A stretch of 64,000 nucleotides of DNA, from the NCBI GenBank assembly GCA_044221725.1, contig JBGAON010000004.1:32001-96000 (forward strand). Reading direction: 5' to 3'. The position numbers and the translations under genes are program-made. The notes beneath the pieces were generated by a model. The model worked only from the letters and a program-made list of their open reading frames with translations, searched no databases and had not been told where the DNA came from. This document shows, piece after piece, positions 57,194-64,000 of the stretch. Position 1 is the first letter of the stretch, and every line of letters begins with the position of its first letter. This DNA is from Elusimicrobiota bacterium. Its GTDB lineage: Bacteria; Elusimicrobiota; Elusimicrobia; F11.

Positions 57194-57729
57194 CGCGCGC
57201 GTTCGCGCAGGTTTGAGACGACGGAATGGTGCAGCAGGTAGGTTTGTTCCGGCAAATCCGGATTGTTGTACCAATTGAAGAAACTGATCTCAGCGTTTCC
57301 GTTTGACAGCACCATGACGACCGGCCCGGACAATTTTACGGGCGTGCTCAATCCGTTCTCGTCCCGTCGCACCGCCGATACATCGGTTGCCGGAATTTCG
57401 ATCCGCGAGGATCCACCGTTCTCAGCAAACGTTCCGCGAACCCGCATTTCGACTTCCGACGCCCAATTCACCGGATTGTTCGGAACAATTTCGTTAATGG
57501 TGGCCGCAAAATCGACGGCCACGGTGCCGTTGCATTCCGAAAGATAGCCGTGTGTGGTTGCTTTGGGTGACGCGTGAGAAAACCCGTCACCCGAAAGTGT
57601 GGCGTTCATGACAGCACCGTACGAATAATTTTTGCAATTCGGTGTGCTGTTAGCGGAGGAGCGCACGCTGGGCGTTGCGCCCAACAACAGAAACGTTCCG
57701 ATTATAAGAGCCGACCAGGTCGCGCGCAT
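57190..57729 (-). CDS. Secreted hypothetical protein
   Basis: ATG 57729 lies just after the upstream stop; signal peptide MRATWSALIIGTFLLLGA. Confidence 0.6.
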   Translation of the reverse strand: MRATWSALIIGTFLLLGATPSVRSSANSTPNCKNYSYGAVMNATLSGDGFSHASPKATTHGYLSECNGTVAVDFAATINEIVPNNPVNWASEVEMRVRGTFAENGGSSRIEIPATDVSAVRRDENGLSTPVKLSGPVVMVLSNGNAEISFFNWYNNPDLPEQTYLLHHSVVSNLRERAR

Positions 57730-57730
57730 G

Positions 57731-59065
57731 TCATCCGGCCAGAAGGCCCCACGTTTGAAGCAAATCGCCATCTTTTGACCAGCGGCTTCCAATGTCCGTG
57801 CGGTAGAACATGTTGGGAAGAATGATGTTCCGAATGCGGTTGTAAGTTTCTTTTTGGGCATCGGACATGGTGGGGCCCGAGCCTGTCACGACCATCACAT
57901 ATCCGCTTGATCCGGCGATGCGCCAGTCGCCATCCACGAGCCGCACGTCGCAATGATGGATTCCGGCCAATGGTTGTTTCTTAAAGATAATGACCGCGTC
58001 ATCGGAAAACTTTTCAAACACATCGGGGTCGTCGTACGGATAGGGGGGAATCGCGATCACGACGCCGATCTGATAACCCTTGTTCGTTTTCAACGTGAAC
58101 GGTTGCCGGTTGGCCAACGCAAACAAAAGGTCGCTCCACCGGCTGGCGACGCCTTCCATTTGAATGTTGATCGTCGGGTAACCAAAGCGCGGCGTAATTT
58201 CGAGCGGGAAGATACCGCGGGAATTCACGATGCAGTTGATATCGAAGTAGCCGATGAACCCAATTTCGGCCAAACGTTTTTCAAATTTCTTTAGGGTTTC
58301 GTTGTAGAGCCGGTTCGGGCCCACCCAAAACATCGAGGTCCCCATTTCGCCGGTGGTCGGCCCAATCTCTTCGTTAAACATGCGCTTGTGTTCGAAATTC
58401 ACGCACGCCGGCAAAAGAAATTCGACGCCATTAAAAAATGCACCAATCGCGACTTCGACGCCCGCGACAAATTTTTGCAACTGAAAGCTGCGAATTTTGG
58501 AGCCCCAGCCGTTTTTGTAGCGCTCGAGCATGTTCACGAGATCGATGCCATCTTCTTCTTGGCCGACGAACGAAAGAACCTTTTCGTCCTGCGCTTTCCC
58601 GTTTGGTTTCACAACGTAGCGCCCAGGGTTCGCGCGCACGAATTTGATGGCTTCATCAAACGATGAAAAATCCCAACACGGCAACGTGTTGATGCCCACT
58701 TTGCGCAATTCTTCTTGCGCCAGATCGCGATCCAGTTCGAGTTTGTCCGAGAACGGCGTGCCGCCGACGACTTTCTTTCCTTCTTTGCGCAATCGTTCGG
58801 CGATGCCACCGAATCCAATGTCATCGAACACAATCACATCGGCCCAGTCGGCGTGTTTTTCCCAGTCGTCCACCTTGTCCACAAAACCGTCCGAAACATT
58901 CTTCTCGTGTTTGTCTTGAATGAAGTAGCGCACGACGCTCCCTTCGCTTTTTACTTGGTAGGCCAAATCTCCAATGCAGCCGATGTCAGAGACAAAGAGA
59001 AATTTTTTCGCGGAAGCGTCAGCGCCTCCGTTTTTGGGATTGCCATTCGATTTTTCGCCGCTCAT
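57731..59065 (-). CDS. Phosphoribosylamine--glycine ligase-like ATP-grasp protein (divergent PurD-like)
   Basis: LELDR, YVVKPNG, NFEHKR, GPTTGEMG, LEITPRFGYP, MFYRTDIG. Confidence 0.75.
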   Translation of the reverse strand: MSGEKSNGNPKNGGADASAKKFLFVSDIGCIGDLAYQVKSEGSVVRYFIQDKHEKNVSDGFVDKVDDWEKHADWADVIVFDDIGFGGIAERLRKEGKKVVGGTPFSDKLELDRDLAQEELRKVGINTLPCWDFSSFDEAIKFVRANPGRYVVKPNGKAQDEKVLSFVGQEEDGIDLVNMLERYKNGWGSKIRSFQLQKFVAGVEVAIGAFFNGVEFLLPACVNFEHKRMFNEEIGPTTGEMGTSMFWVGPNRLYNETLKKFEKRLAEIGFIGYFDINCIVNSRGIFPLEITPRFGYPTINIQMEGVASRWSDLLFALANRQPFTLKTNKGYQIGVVIAIPPYPYDDPDVFEKFSDDAVIIFKKQPLAGIHHCDVRLVDGDWRIAGSSGYVMVVTGSGPTMSDAQKETYNRIRNIILPNMFYRTDIGSRWSKDGDLLQTWGLLAG

Positions 59066-59164
59066 GTACAAAAAGTTTTGACGGAAAACGTTGGTTTTTC
59101 AACGCAAACATTAATTCGTCGGATTTTTTGCCGTGCGCTCGTCGCGAATCGCTATAATCCACGC

Positions 59165-60277
59165 ATGTCCGTCGAGCAAACCTCCCTCATTCTCGTTTCG
59201 TTGGCCGCTGGTATTGGCGTGTTGATTTGGGTTTTGCGGAGTCAGTCCGCAAAAAACAGCGCGCGCACCGAAGAATTGGCACGTCAACTTCTCGAAGCGC
59301 AACAGAAAGCAAATCCCGCTGTTGAATTTTTGCAGCGCGAAATTTTTAATTTGCGCGAGCAAATGACGAAAAGCATGGCCGAATCCGCAAAGCTCATGGT
59401 TGATTCTCAGAAAACCGTCGGCGACCGATTGGACAGAGCCGCGGAAGTGGTCGGGCGTGTGCAAAATTCGCTCGGCAGCCTCGACCGCGCCACGCAGCAG
59501 GTGTTTAATGTCGGGAAAGATATCGCGCAGTTGCAAGAAATATTGCGTGCCCCGAAATTGCGCGGGTCGTTCGGTGAATTGTTCTTGGGCGATTTGCTGG
59601 CGCAAATTTTGCCGCCGCGTCATTTCTCGCTGCAACATTGCTTTAAGAGCGGCGACATTGTGGACGCCGTCGTAAAAATTGGACGCCTGGTTCCGGTGGA
59701 CGCGAAATTCCCACTCGAAAATTTTAAGCGCTTGATTCAAACCCAGGACCCGCAAGAAAAAACGCAAGCGCGCCGAAAATTCATGACGGACGTGAAACGC
59801 CACATCGATGCGATCCAGTCCAAATATTTGTTGCCCGACGAAGGAACGTACGATTTCGCGTTGATGTACATTCCGGCGGAAAACGTTTACTACGAAACGA
59901 TTATTAAAGATGACAATTTGGCGGACGGCGAAGATTCGCTGATGATGTATGCGTTTTCAAAGCGCGTGGTGCCGGTGTCGCCCAATTCTTTTTATGCGTA
60001 CTTGCACACGATCAGTTTGGGGCTGCGTGGTCTTGAGATCGAAGAGAACGCGCGTCGCATCATGGAACAGCTGGCGCGCCTTAAGAGCGATTTTGGTCGG
60101 TTCAAAGACGATTTTTCGTTGCTTGGGAAACACCTGACAAATTCGCGCGGCAAATACGAAGAAGCGGAGCGCCGTCTCGTTCGCTTCGAAGACAAACTGT
60201 TGGCCGCCGGGGACAAGCAACCCGAATTGCCGGAAGCGGTTCCCGCCGGGGAAAAAGCGCTGCCGCTCGACCTCTAA
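59165..60277 (+). CDS. rmuC: DNA recombination protein RmuC
   Basis: N-terminal TM, PKLRGSFGE, VDAKFP, TYDFALMYIPAE, VSPNS. Start reassigned to ATG 59165 (TATAAT-N6-ATG). Confidence 0.93.
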   Translation: MSVEQTSLILVSLAAGIGVLIWVLRSQSAKNSARTEELARQLLEAQQKANPAVEFLQREIFNLREQMTKSMAESAKLMVDSQKTVGDRLDRAAEVVGRVQNSLGSLDRATQQVFNVGKDIAQLQEILRAPKLRGSFGELFLGDLLAQILPPRHFSLQHCFKSGDIVDAVVKIGRLVPVDAKFPLENFKRLIQTQDPQEKTQARRKFMTDVKRHIDAIQSKYLLPDEGTYDFALMYIPAENVYYETIIKDDNLADGEDSLMMYAFSKRVVPVSPNSFYAYLHTISLGLRGLEIEENARRIMEQLARLKSDFGRFKDDFSLLGKHLTNSRGKYEEAERRLVRFEDKLLAAGDKQPELPEAVPAGEKALPLDL

Positions 60278-60278
60278 C

Positions 60279-60641
60279 ATGTGGGTTGTTGCCGGAAGCG
60301 TTTTCATGTTTCTCGCGGTGGCGATTGGTGCGTTTGGCGCGCACGGATTAAAAAGCCGCGTTCCCGCCGATATGCTTGTCGTTTTTGAGACCGGCGTACG
60401 CTACCACGTCTATCATGCGCTCGCGTTGTTTCTCGTAGCATGGCTTGCGGAGAAGAATATTTCTCCAACTATCAATTACGCCGGGTGGGCGTTCGCGGTG
60501 GGAATTTTTCTTTTTTCGGGGAGTCTCTACGCTCTGGTGCTCACGGGTGTGCGCGCGCTTGGCGCAATCACGCCGCTTGGTGGCTTGAGTTTCTTAATTG
60601 GCTGGGCCATCGTCGGTTTTTCTTACTTAAAAAAGGCGTAA
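60279..60641 (+). CDS. DUF423 (YgdD/TMEM256) membrane protein
   Basis: GAFGAHGL, TGVRYHVYHA, FSGSLY, GAITPLGG. Confidence 0.93.
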   Translation: MWVVAGSVFMFLAVAIGAFGAHGLKSRVPADMLVVFETGVRYHVYHALALFLVAWLAEKNISPTINYAGWAFAVGIFLFSGSLYALVLTGVRALGAITPLGGLSFLIGWAIVGFSYLKKA

Positions 60642-61240
60642 GCTTCCTGTTCGTCCGCATCGCCGCGCGTTAGCGGCCCTTCCTCTCTCCACAGTCCGCG
60701 TTTTTTCTCGCGGGCCTCGCGCTCGATCCGACGAAAATCCTCGATGTGCTCAAAAGGAAACTTCGTGTACGCATTCGCGTAACCCGCCTCAACGATAAGC
60801 GCGTTTAGAAATCCTTTTTGAAAGGACGGTAGCTCGCAGACTTGCTCGGCAATCTCCTGCGCGAATTCGTCGCAGCTGGGCGGGTCAAAGTAAACATAGG
60901 CCAACGTGCGCCCATATCGATCCTTATTATTATGGGGTTGGTTTCGCTGGTCATAGCCCAGCCGGACGGCGCGGTTCTGAATCACGTTCTTTGTGAAGCT
61001 CGCCGCGCGTTTTCCCAATTCGCGAATGAGTTTCTCATCATGATGGGTGCGTGCCGCGTCCTTGCGTAACTTGGCGGACTCGTGCAATTCGGGCGTGTCG
61101 ATGCCGATCAGGCGAACGCGCACGTTGTTCGACAGCACGAGCGTGTCACCATCAACAACGCGCTTCACCGTCAACGTTTTTGCGTTCACCGGAACTACCA
61201 CCAACGCAAGAAGACAAAGTGAGGGGAAAATCTTTGTCAT
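60623..61240 (-). CDS. Secreted thermonuclease (SNase family) with intact active site
   Basis: VVDGDT, RLIGIDTPE, DRYGRTLAYV, EAREKKRGLW. Confidence 0.93.
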   Translation of the reverse strand: MTKIFPSLCLLALVVVPVNAKTLTVKRVVDGDTLVLSNNVRVRLIGIDTPELHESAKLRKDAARTHHDEKLIRELGKRAASFTKNVIQNRAVRLGYDQRNQPHNNKDRYGRTLAYVYFDPPSCDEFAQEIAEQVCELPSFQKGFLNALIVEAGYANAYTKFPFEHIEDFRRIEREAREKKRGLWREEGPLTRGDADEQEAYAFFK

Positions 61241-61293
61241 GAGGGATTCCGATTCTAGCTTGAATTCGTCGTGCTTTCAGGCGATATTGTCTT

Positions 61294-62088
61294 GTGAGCG
61301 CGGAAAACAATTCCTATTCGGTTGTATTGGCGTCGGAAAACGATCTTCAGATTCCGGCCATCGCCCAGGCTTTGGCGACGTTCAAAAAAATTCCGCAGGC
61401 CGACGCCGCCCATGAAGCGAAAAATTGTTGGGGAATTCTCGGCGAAAATTTGTCGCCGGAGGCGGCCGATCAACTTATCGCGGCGGCGGCCGGGGCTCGT
61501 ATCAACGCGATTCGTTTGCCGTACGCAACGGTTCCAGCGTTGCCGACGCCCGTCGTTTTAAATCACGTCGTGTTATCGGAAACGGGCTGCACGGGGATCG
61601 ACGATCGCGGCACCCACTACGACGTGAGAGCCGAGAAGATTACCGTGATTGGAACCGCCGGAATAAAATTTAGTGAGACGAAAATCACACAAGAGAAACA
61701 AGGTCCCACGGCACCGCAGCAACTTCTAAGCGCCGGAATTATGATGGCCACCGGACTGCCAATTCGAATTGGGCCAAAGAAACAAACCATTGAAAAGAAA
61801 GCGTCGGTCTCGGAGCTTTTGCTTTTTCTCGCGCTCGTCTGCACGGACCCAAAACAATTTTTCGTGATGGCCGCCGATCAATTTAATTTCACGGCCCTCA
61901 AAGAACGCATGCTTTACAACGCGATGGGCAATTTCAAAATCGTGATTGCGGATTTTTTAAAGGCCGCACCGACCGCGCGTCAGAGCCGCGGCACCCGCAT
62001 TCTGCAGCAAAACCAACCGCTGGTAACGATGGGCTACGAGTCGCTCGCGAACCTCGAGCGCGAGTGCCGTTGGCTTAATACACTTTGA
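61294..62088 (+). CDS. Hypothetical protein
   Basis: 264-aa ORF filling the gap; candidate promoter TTGAAT-N17-GATATT immediately before the GTG. Confidence 0.65.
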   Translation: MSAENNSYSVVLASENDLQIPAIAQALATFKKIPQADAAHEAKNCWGILGENLSPEAADQLIAAAAGARINAIRLPYATVPALPTPVVLNHVVLSETGCTGIDDRGTHYDVRAEKITVIGTAGIKFSETKITQEKQGPTAPQQLLSAGIMMATGLPIRIGPKKQTIEKKASVSELLLFLALVCTDPKQFFVMAADQFNFTALKERMLYNAMGNFKIVIADFLKAAPTARQSRGTRILQQNQPLVTMGYESLANLERECRWLNTL

Positions 62089-63829
62089 ACAGAAAGATTT
62101 TGTCACCGTCCTTTTCCGAAGGTGTTCCGAAAATTTGGGTTAACCAAAGCTCCAAAAATTTGTGGAGCTCTTTGTCGTAGAGAGGTGCGTGCCGATGGTA
62201 AACCACGTATTTGATTTTGTGCGCAGCAAGTATCGATTTGGCCTTTGCGGTGAGCTCTGTTTGTCGCACAGCCAATTCCGGAAGCGTTAGTAATTTTTTT
62301 AAATTCTCCGGGTGAGTAAATTCGTAAAGCACCGGCGTGTTTTCCGTTAGCGAAAGACTTTCCAAAAAATATCGAGTTGGGCAACCCAGGACCATCGGCT
62401 TTTCATGATACGTCTGAAACAACATGTAGTACTGAGCCGGAATGTATAACGTAGCTCCGGGCACGTAGTGTTGCGGCAGCTCGAGAATGGCAAAATTGTC
62501 ACCATCTTCCTTAATGGTTGTGTAAACAGTCGACGGAACGGAAGAAGCGTAGCGCTGCCCAACATGAGACAAACCCCACTCGTACCAGACCACCACCATT
62601 AATCCCGCACACGCAAGGAATCCCCACGTCCGGCGGCCGCGCAAAAGTTTCGAGAAGGTAAGTGCGACGAGCACGCTGCTGGCCAGTGACACGGTCATAA
62701 GAATTCGCGCGGGAACACGGAAAGACGAAAGCAATGGCAAATGCCGAAATATCGTGTAAGGCAACGGAACAATCGTCCTCTGGGTCGGTGTAATCTGGAG
62801 GGTCGCCCCTAACGATAGAATGGCGCTAAAGATCAGAAGCGACCCGAAAAATTGTTCCGTTCGCGCCGAAAAGTATTTTCGGCGGACACTGATGATGATT
62901 GCAACAATCGGTACGATTCCGAAGTAGCCCATCGAATTCTCGATCGGCGCACCCGATGACTTTAAAATTCTAATAGACCGAACAAGAGCGGACGTATGCC
63001 AGAACGGCAGGTCGATGAACATCGCGAGGCTGGGGGAGAAAAATTCCGAACCGCCTCCTAACACGCGGGGCAGAGAGATCAGAGGAAGAAAGGCGATTAT
63101 TGCGATGATCACCGACGTGCCACACCACAAAACCAACGGAAGCGAAAAGAAAGAGCGCAGTAGCATTCTTTCGCCGACGCTCACATCGAAAAGAACGCCA
63201 GCCAATACAAACACAAGTCCGAAGCTAAAACCGACGTAAGGCCCTGAGAGAAATACACCGGTCAACGCCGCAGCGACGGTCATCGCTGCGCTATTCGACG
63301 GTCTTTTGTAATAGCGGTACAACGCTAAAACTAACAACGGATTGAAAAAAATTGTCGCTTCTATCACCTGTCCGATGTAGTGCTGCGTCAACATGTAGGG
63401 GCTGTAGGCGTATAGGAACGAAGCCAGTAACGAAGCCCAACGATCTTTCGTTATTTCGGATCCCAGCGCATACATCGTTACGCCCGATAGCACATGCGAA
63501 ACAAGCAGAAGGAAATTTGTGGTGAACGTCGTGGAGCTCACCGTTTGCAGAAGAAGGGCAGGGATCTCGTTAACGGGAGAATGCGGAAAAACGGGGATGC
63601 CGGCCGGAAACATTAGCAGGTTTGAATGGAAGGGTGACAGGTGGTGCATCAGCGCATAGCGCCACCACCAAAAAAGCCACGCAAAGTAACCGCCGACTTG
63701 TTGGCCCGCAAGGAGATTTGAAAACGGAGCGGAAACAATGGCGGGGTAAATCAAACCGGTTACTGCACAGTGAAACAGGGTTACAAAGAAGAGGGATAAA
63801 ATGTTCGGCCGGCAACTATTCCAGCGCAT
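62075..63829 (-). CDS. Multi-pass membrane protein, YfhO/GT-C-like
   Basis: WLFWWW..PF..FPAG, YAYSPY, FRVPAR, ILELP, QTYHEKP motifs; many TM segments. Confidence 0.7.
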   Translation of the reverse strand: MRWNSCRPNILSLFFVTLFHCAVTGLIYPAIVSAPFSNLLAGQQVGGYFAWLFWWWRYALMHHLSPFHSNLLMFPAGIPVFPHSPVNEIPALLLQTVSSTTFTTNFLLLVSHVLSGVTMYALGSEITKDRWASLLASFLYAYSPYMLTQHYIGQVIEATIFFNPLLVLALYRYYKRPSNSAAMTVAAALTGVFLSGPYVGFSFGLVFVLAGVLFDVSVGERMLLRSFFSLPLVLWCGTSVIIAIIAFLPLISLPRVLGGGSEFFSPSLAMFIDLPFWHTSALVRSIRILKSSGAPIENSMGYFGIVPIVAIIISVRRKYFSARTEQFFGSLLIFSAILSLGATLQITPTQRTIVPLPYTIFRHLPLLSSFRVPARILMTVSLASSVLVALTFSKLLRGRRTWGFLACAGLMVVVWYEWGLSHVGQRYASSVPSTVYTTIKEDGDNFAILELPQHYVPGATLYIPAQYYMLFQTYHEKPMVLGCPTRYFLESLSLTENTPVLYEFTHPENLKKLLTLPELAVRQTELTAKAKSILAAHKIKYVVYHRHAPLYDKELHKFLELWLTQIFGTPSEKDGDKIFLFKVY

Positions 63830-63834
63830 TCAGC

Positions 63835-64000
63835 CTATTTTCGCTCCAGTACAAAAAGCTTGTGGTAGGCAAAGAGCGGGATTGGGATGGGGCGAACGCT
63901 TGTAAGCCGAAAGAACGGCGACGCCAGCTTTTCAAGATCCGAGGTTTCGATTTCCGACAAGTGCCATTGGTCCATCATATTGTCCGACATGGGGTAATGA
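63835..64000 (-). CDS. 3' end of an unidentified gene (runs off the window end)
   Basis: Open frame ...DQWHLSEIETSDLEKLASPFF...HKLFVLERK ending at TAG 63835, just before the next ATG. Confidence 0.5.
   Translation of the reverse strand, partial: HYPMSDNMMDQWHLSEIETSDLEKLASPFFRLTSVRPIPIPLFAYHKLFVLERK

Noticed and set aside
58715..59164. 150-aa N-terminal extension of RmuC
   Set aside because: Overlaps the divergent PurD-like gene; TATAAT-N6-ATG and the TM anchor mark 59165 as the start.

Overview
Gene-dense bacterial chromosome segment spanning the replication origin. The lineage is probably Elusimicrobiota or a related phylum, inferred from the pilin cluster and the type of giant mosaic protein, not proven. 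The core is gyrA-gyrB-dciA-recF-dnaN-oriC-dnaA on the minus strand and rpmH-yidD-yidC-mnmE on the plus strand. dnaA and rpmH are separated by about 6.9 kb carrying a 1924-aa mosaic membrane protein and a GAF-ANTAR gene with its own ANTAR-type attenuator. rnpA is missing from its usual place, which is occupied by one of four copies of an ~80-bp palindromic element. Left arm: LemA/TPM genes, a type IV minor-pilin cluster, waaF, an adenylate cyclase (matching CRP-like boxes sit before the cyclase and the pilin operon), a Rho lacking its RNA-binding domain, a VanX + L,D-transpeptidase fusion, PepN, a REC-Yip1/TolC/MacAB-like operon and a PilZ gene with Pho-box-like repeats. Right arm: a histidine kinase fused via a TM segment to a catalytically degenerate thermonuclease domain, a PD-(D/E)XK nuclease, UDG, a glycerate kinase with a probable CTG start, acetate-CoA ligase, a PurD-like protein, rmuC and an intact thermonuclease. 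Several genes look leaderless. No rRNA, tRNA, CRISPR array, transposase or integrase was seen. All domain calls come from recognising motifs by eye; no database searches were run.
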